From assembly GCA_964537935.1 (NCBI GenBank), contig CAZICT010000001.1, forward strand, positions 200,228-264,227: DNA of 64,000 nucleotides, in the 5' to 3' direction. A program made the translations under genes and the position numbers. The stretch is from an uncultured Candidatus Saccharibacteria bacterium. GTDB lineage: Bacteria; Patescibacteriota; Saccharimonadia; Saccharimonadales; CAZICT01. Of this stretch, positions 1-9,335 are shown one piece after another (position 1 is the first letter of the stretch; every line of letters begins with the position of its first letter). Under the pieces are notes generated by a model. The model saw only the letters and a list, made by a program, of their open reading frames with translations. It did not search any database and was not told the DNA's origin.

Positions 1-283
1 ATATCCGCTGCCAAGTCGTATTATATTTCTTTGCGATATCGATCAGCGTTTCTCCGTCATCAACGATATGCTTTTTTGGGCTTGGAGCCGGAGCCGGCTG
101 TTCGGCAATCTGTTTCTTTTCTATGGTCTTTTCAACGAGTTCCAACATTTTGAACTCATCATTAAGGCTTATTGAATCACCAAGTAGTGTGTGATTCAGT
201 GTCTCAGCGCTTACGCGCTCTGAGCTTGTGGCCAATATGGCTGCACATACAAATACACCCGCCAAAACTGCGGTTATACGCAT
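1..283 (-). CDS. LysM-domain secreted protein, N-terminal part only. The gene continues beyond the window start.
   Basis: Minus-strand ATG at 281-283 with AGGAGGG 5 nt upstream (rc of 290-296). Translation MRITAVLAGVFVCAAILATSSE is a signal peptide. A LysM-like motif HIVDDGETLIDIAKKYNTTWQRI follows. The frame stays open to position 1. Confidence 0.6.
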   Translation of the reverse strand, partial: MRITAVLAGVFVCAAILATSSERVSAETLNHTLLGDSISLNDEFKMLELVEKTIEKKQIAEQPAPAPSPKKHIVDDGETLIDIAKKYNTTWQRI

Positions 284-492
284 GTATTTAAACCCTCCTA
301 AAACAATTACTAATTAAATCAGTATTACCATAAACGGTATTACTGGTATGTGCTTTTCCACCTCACATGAAGAAAAGTCACGATGATTAATCATACACGT
401 AATAAATTTCATGTCAAGCCTTGTCCCTTTAAATAATGTCTAGCCTCAATTTATAAGGGTCGGGCGAACAATTGTCTGTTATTATGTAATCC

Positions 493-936
493 ATGTCGAA
501 AAAGCCGATTTCTATAAAAATAAAACGCTTTGATACTGATTTGCCAATGCCCAAAAAACACTCTTCCAAAGCCGCTTGTTTTGATCTTTATGCTCGCCTG
601 GAAACAGTGATTGAGCCGGGGGATATAGGGTATATTCCGCTCAATGTAGCAATTCAAGTGCCTGATGATTACTGGGTGATGGTGGCGGCTCGCAGCTCGC
701 TTCATAAGCACGGTTTGTGGTTGGCTAATGGTATAGGCATCGGCGATGCGGACTTCAGCGGCGATGATGACGAATACAAATTAGCTGTTTATAACTTTAT
801 TGATACGCCCGTGACCATAGAAAAGGGTGATCGTATCGCCCAAATGATGGTTTTGCCGGTTCTCGAACTTGATGTAGAAGAAGTGGCTTCATTCAATAAG
901 CCTTCACGTGGTGGTTTTGGTTCAACCGGCAAATAG
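493..936 (+). CDS. dut: dUTP diphosphatase (dUTPase)
   Basis: 147 aa with dUTPase motifs (AARSSL, GIGIGDADFSGDDDEY, RIAQ, C-terminal RGGFGSTGK). Confidence 0.85.
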   Translation: MSKKPISIKIKRFDTDLPMPKKHSSKAACFDLYARLETVIEPGDIGYIPLNVAIQVPDDYWVMVAARSSLHKHGLWLANGIGIGDADFSGDDDEYKLAVYNFIDTPVTIEKGDRIAQMMVLPVLELDVEEVASFNKPSRGGFGSTGK

Positions 937-958
937 AATAGCTGTAATAGGGTTGGGG

Positions 959-2149
959 CTAATACCGCATTGTGGCTGCAACTAGCGCCCGGCCAGGTGC
1001 CTTAGATTCGATAATATTCAATATCTTGCTGCCATTTCTCCAGGCCTGTTGAGCAATATAGTCAATAGCTTGACTGATTTTATCGGCCGGAAAGATAATC
1101 TTCATCACTTGTTCGGTATTGTCACGTACCGTATCGGTCGTTTTTCTTGTTAACGCAAGCAGGAGAGTGCCAGCACGACCCGATTCGGCCGCATCTTTAA
1201 TATTAGCGAACTGAGTGGTAGCCCGATCAGGATCTTCTCCTTGAAGGCGTTCGAAATCTTCTATAGCTTTTTGATGACGAATTTCAATTACTTCCTCGTG
1301 AAGTATGGCCTGGGTTTGATGATGGAGTTCAGCGGTATTGCTTTCAGTAAAATTACCACGAGCAAAAGCCTTTAGTATGTTTCCGTGCTTAGACAGTGAC
1401 TTGAATTCGCTAACTTCAGCCTCAACACCAGCCAGAATTAGAGGCAGAGAAGTATCGATGTGCTTATTCATCATTGCGTCAAGAATACGGAGGTATTGCT
1501 CTTTTTCTGCATTTCCGCTGTCTTTACCAGCACCATGACCGTGAAACATAGCCTCACTACCGCCCGAAGGACCGCGCATTCCAGCCCGCACACTCATTCC
1601 TGCGCCGCTATGAAACTGAATAGATTTTGTATGCATTTCATCTACATTCAAAGCCTCGCTTACACTTTTAGGCAGCTCTGCATCCATAAGCTCCAGGCCG
1701 TAACTGTCACCACGGTATAAACGTGGGTTTTTAAGTGATACCAGCAGTACATAATATGGCTGCATATCTTCACACAGACCGTATATTGGTGCCAGGTGAA
1801 AATGGTCATCAACCGCAACATATTCATCGCTATCAACCGGCAGATGAGTTACCTCGAACATATCCGGCCGGGCAGTAAGGATAAACGACTGGCTCAAATT
1901 TTCCCAAAATAATTTATCATTCAATAAAGCCTCGCACTGATCTTTGAAATATTTATTAAAAGGGTTGTGTTTGTCACGATTATTAAGTGTTTCGAGTGCT
2001 TTATTCATCAGATTCTTAAAGCGTGTCTGGTCTTCGTGCATATTTGGCGGAGTTGCTACTTTGTGCGAAGGCACATACATCGTTACGGCGGGACCTCCGG
2101 TTGCATTTTCTAAAAGTGAGGTAATCCGCTCTGATGATAATTTATTCAT
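959..2149 (-). CDS. Hypothetical 396-aa protein, possibly eRF1/baeRF-like.
   Basis: Long ORF starting at ATG 2147-2149 with AGGAG RBS. No motif I can assign with confidence. The N-terminal PAVTMYVP and central Gly-rich loop (GMRGPSGGSEAMFHGHG) are reminiscent of bacterial eRF1-like families. Confidence 0.5.
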   Translation of the reverse strand: MNKLSSERITSLLENATGGPAVTMYVPSHKVATPPNMHEDQTRFKNLMNKALETLNNRDKHNPFNKYFKDQCEALLNDKLFWENLSQSFILTARPDMFEVTHLPVDSDEYVAVDDHFHLAPIYGLCEDMQPYYVLLVSLKNPRLYRGDSYGLELMDAELPKSVSEALNVDEMHTKSIQFHSGAGMSVRAGMRGPSGGSEAMFHGHGAGKDSGNAEKEQYLRILDAMMNKHIDTSLPLILAGVEAEVSEFKSLSKHGNILKAFARGNFTESNTAELHHQTQAILHEEVIEIRHQKAIEDFERLQGEDPDRATTQFANIKDAAESGRAGTLLLALTRKTTDTVRDNTEQVMKIIFPADKISQAIDYIAQQAWRNGSKILNIIESKAPGRALVAATMRY

Positions 2150-2232
2150 GTATTACTCCTTTATTTGTTACAGTTTTAGCGTAGAGCACATTTGGTGCCA
2201 TGGCAGTAAAGTAACTAACAAATCGACCTATA

Positions 2233-2853
2233 GTGATGAATATAGACAACTTGCTTGCAAGATATCCGTTAATAACGGATCAAATTAACCATAAAGAGCT
2301 GCGTATAATATTGAGCCAGCTTGAACTGGCGCTTAAAGAAGCTCAGGGAAGTGTCGTGGAGTTTGGCTGCTACACCGGAACAACATCTTTGTTCATTCAA
2401 AGATTACTGGTAGCCGGCGACGTCAAAAGGGAGTTTCATGTTTACGATTCGTTCGAAGGTCTACCGGCAAAAAGTGAAGCCGATAAAAGTCCGGCCGGAG
2501 AGCAGTTCACCACTGGCAAGCTAAAGGCCAGTAAACAGGAGTTTGTCAGACAATTTAAAAAAGCCTCTTTGCCGCTGCCGATAATCCATAAAGGCTGGTT
2601 TGATACTCTGTCAGCGGCTGATGTACCTAGCCAGATAGCCTTCGCTTTTTTGGATGGTGATTATTACGATTCAATAAAAACGAGCCTGGCTTTAGTTGCG
2701 GAGAAATTAACTCCTGGAGCCCGCATAGTCGTAGACGACTACATGTCAGAAGCCCTGCCAGGAGCCAAAAAAGCCGTGGACGAGTGGTGCAATTCAAGAG
2801 GTTTGACACCTCAAGCAGTCGCTAGCCTTGCTATCATAAAAACCGCTATCTAG
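2233..2853 (+). CDS. Class I SAM-dependent O-methyltransferase, TylF/MycF (macrocin-OMT) family
   Basis: EFGCYTGTTSLF matches the SAM-binding G-x-G-type motif. LDGDYYDS matches the TylF family DgDlYeSt motif. Confidence 0.65.
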   Translation: MMNIDNLLARYPLITDQINHKELRIILSQLELALKEAQGSVVEFGCYTGTTSLFIQRLLVAGDVKREFHVYDSFEGLPAKSEADKSPAGEQFTTGKLKASKQEFVRQFKKASLPLPIIHKGWFDTLSAADVPSQIAFAFLDGDYYDSIKTSLALVAEKLTPGARIVVDDYMSEALPGAKKAVDEWCNSRGLTPQAVASLAIIKTAI

Positions 2854-2862
2854 AATTTATTA

Positions 2863-3330
2863 TTAGCGGTGATGGTAAGGATGGCCGTTTGCAATCGCCA
2901 GTGCACGGTAAAGCTGTTCAGCCACTAATAATCTTGCGATTTCGTGCGGAAAAACAAGTTTTGACAAAGACCAGACGGTATCAGCCCGCCTACGCACCAT
3001 ATCATCAACCCCATAAGCTCCGCCTATCACGAACGTCACTTCCGGCCTTATACTTCGCCAAGTCTCAAGTTTTGCGGAAAATTCTTCTGAGCTCCATTCA
3101 GTTCCACGCTCGTCGAGCAGCACAACCCAAGTGGAATCGGACAACAATTGAAGTATTTTGTGAGCTTCTTCGGCTTTTGCTGAAGCAGAATCTTTACGTT
3201 TTAAATTAGCCACAGCCCGAAAACTAAAATTACTCCATCGCTGGAGGCGTGTAATGTAAGTTTCGTATTCTTTATGTAAACCGTCTGTGAGTTCGCCTCC
3301 AACAGCGATAAGACTTATCTTCATAGCCAT
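2863..3330 (-). CDS. rlmH: 23S rRNA (pseudouridine1915-N3)-methyltransferase RlmH (SPOUT)
   Basis: MAMKISLIAVG...LVFPHEIARLLVAEQLYRALAI..GHPYHH matches RlmH throughout. The start is trimmed to the internal Met of the longer listed ORF. Confidence 0.85.
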   Translation of the reverse strand: MAMKISLIAVGGELTDGLHKEYETYITRLQRWSNFSFRAVANLKRKDSASAKAEEAHKILQLLSDSTWVVLLDERGTEWSSEEFSAKLETWRSIRPEVTFVIGGAYGVDDMVRRRADTVWSLSKLVFPHEIARLLVAEQLYRALAIANGHPYHHR

Positions 3331-3433
3331 AACAGTGTAGCAAATACAGCATTTGTGAAGTATCTCATAGTTTATAATCAAAAACTTCTTTGTAATAAAC
3401 AGTGTTAATAGTTAAGAGTTAACTAAGGAGGTT

Positions 3434-3703
3434 GTGATGATACTAAACATAATTGCGTGGATTATTTTGGGTGGTGTAGCAGGATGGATTGCCTCAATGA
3501 TCATGGGCACCGATGCCGAACAGGGAATTGGCGGTAATATTGTGGTAGGTATAATCGGCGCGTTCATTGGCGGCATGATATCACGGATGCTGGGCGGTGG
3601 AGATTTCAACGCCTTTAGTCTGAGCGGTCTTCTGCTTGCAATACTGGGATCAGTTATCCTGCTGTTCTTTGTCAAGATGTTCTCAAGAACACCGAACGCC
3701 TGA
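3434..3703 (+). CDS. GlsB/YeaQ/YmgE family small membrane stress protein
   Basis: 89 aa, Gly-rich TM helices (ILGGVAGWIASMIMG, VVGIIGAFIGGMI). AAGGAGG RBS 6 nt upstream. Confidence 0.8.
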   Translation: MMILNIIAWIILGGVAGWIASMIMGTDAEQGIGGNIVVGIIGAFIGGMISRMLGGGDFNAFSLSGLLLAILGSVILLFFVKMFSRTPNA

Positions 3704-3864
3704 TATAACAGGTGTCATTAAACTAAATATAGCCTGACACAAGGCAGAAAGCGTGGCCGCAAATGATTGGCAGATTATTTTCAAGAAGAAAGAGAGACAA
3801 GTATAAAGAGTACGAGGATTGGCGCTGGTACGAAGACCCTTATAAGTCTGTTTTATAGAGGTTA

Positions 3865-5094
3865 TTAGTCACGCCTGAGGGCTACTACCGGATCTTTACG
3901 GGCAGCCCTCAGCGCCGGTGCAGCTCCGAATATAATCCCGACCAGCACACTAACACCGGTAGCAATAACTATTACCGGCGGTGTAATTACCGGCTGGAGA
4001 TCAGTAAAGATTCGCAGCAGATAATTAGCCAAGCCTGAACATATGATACCGATAATCCCGCCGGCGAGGCTTAGTACGACCGCTTCAATAACGAATTGAC
4101 CGAGGATTTGCTGATTGGTTGCTCCGATAGCTTTTCGGATACCGACTTCCTCGGTACGTTCAGTAACTGATACCAGCATAATGTTCATTATTCCTATGCC
4201 GCCTACAATCAGTGAGACTGCCGCCACACCGGCGATCAAAGCTGTGAGAAGATCAAGAATTGTATTAGCTACGGCCAGGTTTTCCTCTTGGCGCAAAACA
4301 GTAAAATTCTGTTGACCAGCCCTGGTTTGCAGCAAAGTATCTTTGACCGATTCGGCAAGAGCGTACGTTTTGCTGTCATCTTTTGGAAGAGCGAGTATCT
4401 GATAAATTTGCAACTCGCTGTCTGTCAGTGACTTGGATGCTTCATAGGGAATAAATACTGCGTTGTTATAGTCAACCGTCGGAGTAAGCGGGCTGGTAAC
4501 GAATTCTTCGAATACACCACGAACCATAAAGCTGGTACCGCGGATTTCCATACTTTTGCCAATTGGCACATTTTCTTTGAAAACTCTTTCAGCAATCCTT
4601 TTACCAATCACCGCGACCGGCCGGCTGCTGTCGACTTCATCGAAAAACGTTCCATATTCAAGTTCTTGATTTAAGAGTTTTGGTGCATTAGGCACCGTAC
4701 CGATAATAAATGCATCCGTGTATGTGGTTTCGTCATAAACCAGGGCACTATTCACCAGATTGAAGGGAGCCGCTTGGCTGGCTTGAGGCAATTTGGCGAT
4801 CATTTGCCAATCTTTTTCATTAAGATTACCGGCGTTGACAACATTGAGCAGATTATATCCGGTGATATTGCCGTCGCTGTCACGATTGACCGCCTTGCCG
4901 GGACGGACGGTAATTAAGTTTGGACCCATTTGGTTAATTTGTCTTAACACTTCTTGCTTTGCACCTTCTCCAATGCTGACCGTAGTCACTACGCTAGTAA
5001 CACCGATGATAATTCCCAGCATTGTCATAAAACTGCGCCACTTTGCACTCTTAAGCGATGCTAACGCCATTTTGAAGTTTATTTTCCACATCAT
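3865..5094 (-). CDS. ABC transporter permease, FtsX/MacB-like with large periplasmic domain
   Basis: 409 aa: N-terminal TM, ~250-aa extracytoplasmic domain, then a C-terminal FtsX-type 3-TM bundle. Overlaps the upstream ATPase gene by 4 nt. Confidence 0.85.
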   Translation of the reverse strand: MMWKINFKMALASLKSAKWRSFMTMLGIIIGVTSVVTTVSIGEGAKQEVLRQINQMGPNLITVRPGKAVNRDSDGNITGYNLLNVVNAGNLNEKDWQMIAKLPQASQAAPFNLVNSALVYDETTYTDAFIIGTVPNAPKLLNQELEYGTFFDEVDSSRPVAVIGKRIAERVFKENVPIGKSMEIRGTSFMVRGVFEEFVTSPLTPTVDYNNAVFIPYEASKSLTDSELQIYQILALPKDDSKTYALAESVKDTLLQTRAGQQNFTVLRQEENLAVANTILDLLTALIAGVAAVSLIVGGIGIMNIMLVSVTERTEEVGIRKAIGATNQQILGQFVIEAVVLSLAGGIIGIICSGLANYLLRIFTDLQPVITPPVIVIATGVSVLVGIIFGAAPALRAARKDPVVALRRD

Positions 5095-5984
5095 GACTTG
5101 GATTTATCCTTCTTTTTTTGACGTTGCGAATACTTCTTAGGCTTTGTCGTTTTCTTCTTGCTGCGTTTTTTACTGCCAGATTTCGGTTTGGGCTCGTCCT
5201 GGATTGCCTGCATTAGGGTCGACACGCCTGCCAGGTCATCTTCCACGGTAGTACGGGGAGCAAAATACATGCTGCGGCGCAGCCTTTCGTGAATTTCGCC
5301 AACTTCTGATTTTTCATCGGCAATTATTTCACCGTCATGCATAAATACCACCCGAGAAGCATAGCGTGTAAGCTCAGGGTTGTGAGTAACCATCAGGATG
5401 GTGTTGCCAGCCTTATGGACATCGCTTAACAGCTCCATAACCAATCGCGACGACACGCTGTCAAGGTTACCCGTCGGCTCATCGGCAATTACAATGTGCG
5501 GATTATTTACCAATGCCCGGGCAATCGCCACTCGTTGGGCCTGTCCGCCACTTAACTGACGAGGATAGAAATACTCTCTGTCCGCAAGCCCAACACGCTC
5601 CATCATTTCGGCTGCCCGTTTCAGGCGCCGTGTTTGCGTCATTCCTTTGTAGGCGAGGGGAAGGGCTACATTCTCCAAAGCCGTCAGTTTAGGTAATAGA
5701 TGGAAAGACTGAAATACAAAGCCAACCGTATCGCGGCGGACCTTAGCACTCCTTCGAGCCCTCAAACGCGAAACATCACGGCCGTTTAGCTTGTAAGCGC
5801 CGTGTGTCGGCCGGTCAAGAACGCCAATAACATTAAGGAGCGTCGATTTACCAGAACCGCTCGGGCCCATAATCGCCACAAACTCACCATGTTCAATAGT
5901 GAGGTTAACCTCGTCCAACGCAACCGTCGTGGCGTCACCGAAGCCGTATAGCTTACTTACTTCTTCCAGTTCAATAATTGCCAT
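5091..5984 (-). CDS. ABC transporter ATP-binding protein (MacB/LolD-like) with lysine-rich C-terminal tail
   Basis: Walker A GPSGSGKST, signature LSGGQAQRVAIARAL, Walker B IVIADEPT. The last ~45 aa are K/S-rich (KKRSKKKTTKPKKYSQRQKKKDKSKS). Confidence 0.9.
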   Translation of the reverse strand: MAIIELEEVSKLYGFGDATTVALDEVNLTIEHGEFVAIMGPSGSGKSTLLNVIGVLDRPTHGAYKLNGRDVSRLRARRSAKVRRDTVGFVFQSFHLLPKLTALENVALPLAYKGMTQTRRLKRAAEMMERVGLADREYFYPRQLSGGQAQRVAIARALVNNPHIVIADEPTGNLDSVSSRLVMELLSDVHKAGNTILMVTHNPELTRYASRVVFMHDGEIIADEKSEVGEIHERLRRSMYFAPRTTVEDDLAGVSTLMQAIQDEPKPKSGSKKRSKKKTTKPKKYSQRQKKKDKSKS

Positions 5985-6066
5985 TCATAATAGTGTACCC
6001 CTGTTTTATAAAAAAGTTCAAGGTGTTAATTGTAGTAATTTTAGGTATAGTAAAATAGGCAAGCAT

Positions 6067-6101
6067 GGAGGGGTGCAGGAGTGGTTGAACTGGCACGCCT
6101 G
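6067..6101 (+). other. tRNA-like 5'-half fragment, a partial copy of the downstream tRNA-Ser
   Basis: GGAGGGGTGCAGGAGTGGTTGAACTGGCACGCC aligns to the first ~35 nt of tRNA-Ser at 6406 (acceptor 5' strand, D-arm, start of anticodon stem). No matching 3' half, T-arm or closing anticodon stem follows. Confidence 0.35.
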
Positions 6102-6159
6102 GCCACCGCCTAAAGGCGGGGTCCCGCCACAGGCGGGAAAAGTGTATATTAATAATCAA

Positions 6160-6402
6160 ATGTTTACCGTTTATATACTGCAGAGTGAACGCAATCAGAA
6201 ATACTATATCGGACATACGGCAGATATAAACCAGAGGTTAAAAAGCCATAATTTAGGCCATACGAAATCGACCAAGGCTTTTAGGCCGTGGAAAATCATT
6301 TATACTGAATCTGTGCCGTCTAGACAGTTAGCGTATAAAAGAGAACAACAAATAAAGAAATATAAGGGCGGTCGAGCATTTAAGGAATTGATCCAGTTGT
6401 AA
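6160..6402 (+). CDS. GIY-YIG nuclease superfamily protein (YhbQ/UPF0213-like)
   Basis: 81 aa: [30 protein letters not shown]....[13 protein letters not shown] is a GIY-YIG core with YhbQ-like architecture. Start trimmed to the internal Met. The longer listed ORF runs through the tRNA-like fragment and the divergent ABC gene. Confidence 0.8.
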   Translation: MFTVYILQSERNQKYYIGHTADINQRLKSHNLGHTKSTKAFRPWKIIYTESVPSRQLAYKREQQIKKYKGGRAFKELIQL

Positions 6403-6405
6403 GTT

Positions 6406-6495
6406 GGAAGGGTGTCCGAGTGGTTGAAGGAGCACGCTTGGAAAGCGTGTGTATGGGCAACTGTACCGTGGGTTCGAATCCCATCCCTTCCGCCA
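6406..6495 (+). tRNA. tRNA-Ser (anticodon GGA)
   Basis: Acceptor GGAAGGG/CCCTTCC, D-arm TCC-GAGTGGTTGAA-GGA, anticodon stem CACGC/GCGTG with loop TTGGAAA, long variable arm, T-arm GGGTTCGAATCCC, 3' GCCA encoded. Confidence 0.85.
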
Positions 6496-6530
6496 GGTAT
6501 ATTGACTATTTTTTTAACTCAGGATAATAA

Positions 6531-6875
6531 TTATCGTTCGTTAATGAATACATAAAAACGAGTCCGTTCCTAAAAAGTGCGACAGAAGCACAGCTACGCG
6601 CCATTAGGGCGGCGGAGTGGCTTGACCCGGATGATTCCTTAAAGATAGTTGCAGAAATATACTCTGATGTTCTGGAACACGACAACCCGCTATCCGAAGA
6701 CACACTTTCTGCTGTTGCTAAAAACATTTTTGTTGCAGTATGGAGCCGTGTTTCAACCGATAGAGAGTTTCCGGCGCGCGGACCGATTCCTGACGCCGCT
6801 TTGGATTTACGTGATGAGCTGAGGCCTAAGGGAGCTGGTCTTGAATGGCTTCCTGACGAAGTAATTTTTGTCTGA
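6531..6875 (+). pseudogene. Start-less 115-codon open frame (possible pseudogene or non-canonical start)
   Basis: Frame is open from 6531 to TGA 6873-6875 and reads as plausible protein (..AEWLDPDDSLKIVAEIYSDVLEHDNPLSEDTLSAVAKNIFVAVWSRV..). No in-frame ATG/GTG and no TTG until near the end. Confidence 0.3.
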
Positions 6876-6879
6876 GAGA

Positions 6880-7590
6880 TTATTTTACGAGCGTACCGAC
6901 AGGATTGCCTGAAACGATCTTCACAATATTATCGGGTTCGGTTGAGTTAAAGACGATAACCGGCATATCCTGCTCCATGGCAAGCCCCAACGCTGCCTTA
7001 TCCATAACTTTTATGGCGCCGTTTTCTACTGCTTCTTGGTAAGTTACGTCTGACAACTTTACTGCATCGGTGTGCTTGTGCGGGTCTTTGTCGTAAACTC
7101 CGTCAACTTTTGTGGCCTTTAGTACCACTTCGCAATCAAGCTCAAGCGCCAGGGCAACCGCTGCAGTGTCATGGGTAAAATATGGCCTTCCCAGGCCGCC
7201 GGCAATGATAATTACTCGACCGCGCTGGAGGTGTTTCTCTGCCAAACGATAAGAGAATGATTCGGCAACCTGAGTCGCAAAAATATTACTCATACAACGG
7301 GTTTGCACATCATTGGCTTCAAAAATATCAGTCAACGCCATCGAATTAATCAAACCGCTGAGCATACCCATCTGATCGGCAGTAACCCGACGAATACCGT
7401 GCCCGGCAACTTCGGCACCGCGAACCATGTTTCCGCCGCCGACTACAATTACAACTTCGCAGCCTTTGTCGGCTATTTTTTTGATTTCTTGAGCGAGATA
7501 TTTCCCGACTTCCGGGTCAACACCCACTTCGTGCTTTCCGGCTAGTTGTTCTCCGGAAAACTTAACTAAAATTCGTTTGTATTTCATCAA
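6880..7590 (-). CDS. pyrH: UMP kinase
   Basis: KRILVKFSGE...VVGGGN..RG...TRCMS; full-length PyrH signature. Confidence 0.9.
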   Translation of the reverse strand: MMKYKRILVKFSGEQLAGKHEVGVDPEVGKYLAQEIKKIADKGCEVVIVVGGGNMVRGAEVAGHGIRRVTADQMGMLSGLINSMALTDIFEANDVQTRCMSNIFATQVAESFSYRLAEKHLQRGRVIIIAGGLGRPYFTHDTAAVALALELDCEVVLKATKVDGVYDKDPHKHTDAVKLSDVTYQEAVENGAIKVMDKAALGLAMEQDMPVIVFNSTEPDNIVKIVSGNPVGTLVK

Positions 7591-7643
7591 AGACCTCCTC
7601 CCAGAATAACAAAAAACCCAAAATCCACGCTATACTTGATGGC

Positions 7644-8441
7644 ATGAAGATATATTCCTGGAATATAAACGGCATTCGAGCCGTTCTAAGAAAAGGTGCG
7701 CTACAGTCTTTTATAGCCGAACATCAGCCGGACATCCTGTGCCTGCAAGAAACAAAAGCTCAACAAGGACAAGCAGAAGTAGATTTTCCGGATTACATCG
7801 AATATTGGAATTCCGCTGAACGCAAAGGCTATTCCGGGACGGCAATCTTTACCAAAATAAAGCCTCTGGCCGTTATCAATGGTTTGCCGGAAGATATTTT
7901 GGATGAATTCAAATTAACAGCTGATGATTACGGCGATCCAAATAAAGAAGGCCGGGTTATAACCGCAGAATACGACAAATACTATGTCGTAACGGTCTAC
8001 ACGCCTAATGCAAAGGATGATTTGACGCGTGTTCCGCTTAGGCACAAACATTGGGATCCGGCATTTTTGGCGTACTGCAAGCAGTTAGAACGTAAAAAAC
8101 CGGTTATTTTCTGTGGCGACCTGAACGTAGCACATACTCCTGATGATCTTGCAAACGACAAGGCAAATATCGGGAAAAAAGGATTTACATTCGAAGAGCG
8201 GGAAGGCTTTCAAAATTTTATAGACGCCGGTTTTGTCGACACGTTCCGTATGTTCAAACAGGGAAAAGGCTACTACACGTGGTGGAGCCATTTTGCCAAA
8301 GCACGTGAACGCAATGTCGGCTGGCGGATTGATTATTTCCTTGTATCAGGAAGCTTGAAGAACAATATAAAAGCCGCCGAAATCCATCCGGAAGTTATGG
8401 GTTCAGACCATTGCCCGGTAAGCATTGAGATAAATACCTAG
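7644..8441 (+). CDS. xth: Exodeoxyribonuclease III (AP endonuclease, EEP fold)
   Basis: MKIYSWNINGIRA, LCLQETK, GDLNVAHT, SDHCPV; classic Xth motifs. Confidence 0.9.
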   Translation: MKIYSWNINGIRAVLRKGALQSFIAEHQPDILCLQETKAQQGQAEVDFPDYIEYWNSAERKGYSGTAIFTKIKPLAVINGLPEDILDEFKLTADDYGDPNKEGRVITAEYDKYYVVTVYTPNAKDDLTRVPLRHKHWDPAFLAYCKQLERKKPVIFCGDLNVAHTPDDLANDKANIGKKGFTFEEREGFQNFIDAGFVDTFRMFKQGKGYYTWWSHFAKARERNVGWRIDYFLVSGSLKNNIKAAEIHPEVMGSDHCPVSIEINT

Positions 8442-8502
8442 CCTTTTAAAAAACAAGCATTAGTAGAATAAATACTGGTACAGATTTAAGGTATAATTAA
8501 GT

Positions 8503-9318
8503 ATGCATTACCCGGGTTTATCAATCAAAGACGAGGCATCAACGCCATTAGAAGAGCTATTGGCAGTTGATATAGCGCGCACCGAACTGACGATAGGCGA
8601 TCATGAAGAGTTCGGGTGCGCTCCAGGGGTTTTGAAAGTTTCTAAGCAGCTGGGCTCTGCGTGTCTTGAGAGAAGATTTAAGTCATATGACAAAGCAGAG
8701 AGTCTTATCGATCTCGCAGAAGGTCTTACGCAAAAAATCGCTCCTACCCTCAGCCGTCTGGAACAGCATCGACTGGAGCAGCAAAAAGCTTTGTACGATA
8801 TATCAGGCTCAAATGGGGACTTTGCACATAATAGAATTACACGCTATGAGACAACCATGCACTCAATTCAGCGATCCATCACTGAGGTGTTTCGTCCTAT
8901 CAAAGAAACAGAAAGAACGGATTGGTTCGGTTTTTTGAATGAAGAGACTACGATTGCTCTAATAAACCGCCTTTGCCATCCTTGGATTGCTGCTATAAGA
9001 GCACCGATACACCATGACATGAGAAGATATGACAGACGTCAAAACTATGACGTGCTGGTTGCAGTTAGCAGTCCAGAAGAAGGCTCATCAAGGACGGCGC
9101 GCCTGCAGGTAAAATCCAGAAAAGATAAGAATGAACAGTCGTATGACGAAGATATTAAGATAATTTACGCCAACCTGCTATACGACCATTGGATAAATGG
9201 CGAAAAAGCAAGGCTAAAAACCGCTATTTTGCTTCAAAAAGAATTTCAGGGAAAAGCATCTCCTGAAGAAATTGAGCAGCTTGATGCGATTACAAGGGAA
9301 TTGATTTGGGATCTTTAG
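8503..9318 (+). CDS. Hypothetical protein (271 aa)
   Basis: Long ORF co-directional with the downstream NUDIX and HAD genes, with short gaps. No recognisable motif. Confidence 0.5.
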   Translation: MHYPGLSIKDEASTPLEELLAVDIARTELTIGDHEEFGCAPGVLKVSKQLGSACLERRFKSYDKAESLIDLAEGLTQKIAPTLSRLEQHRLEQQKALYDISGSNGDFAHNRITRYETTMHSIQRSITEVFRPIKETERTDWFGFLNEETTIALINRLCHPWIAAIRAPIHHDMRRYDRRQNYDVLVAVSSPEEGSSRTARLQVKSRKDKNEQSYDEDIKIIYANLLYDHWINGEKARLKTAILLQKEFQGKASPEEIEQLDAITRELIWDL

Positions 9319-9335
9319 TTTTTATCTGACATAAT

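Noticed and set aside
6544-6555. Mini-ORF ATG AAT ACA TAA (MNT-stop) immediately before the long start-less frame. Initially considered a nonsense-interrupted start for that frame.
   Set aside because: Re-indexing showed the ATG is in a different reading frame from the 6531-6875 open frame, so it cannot be its start.
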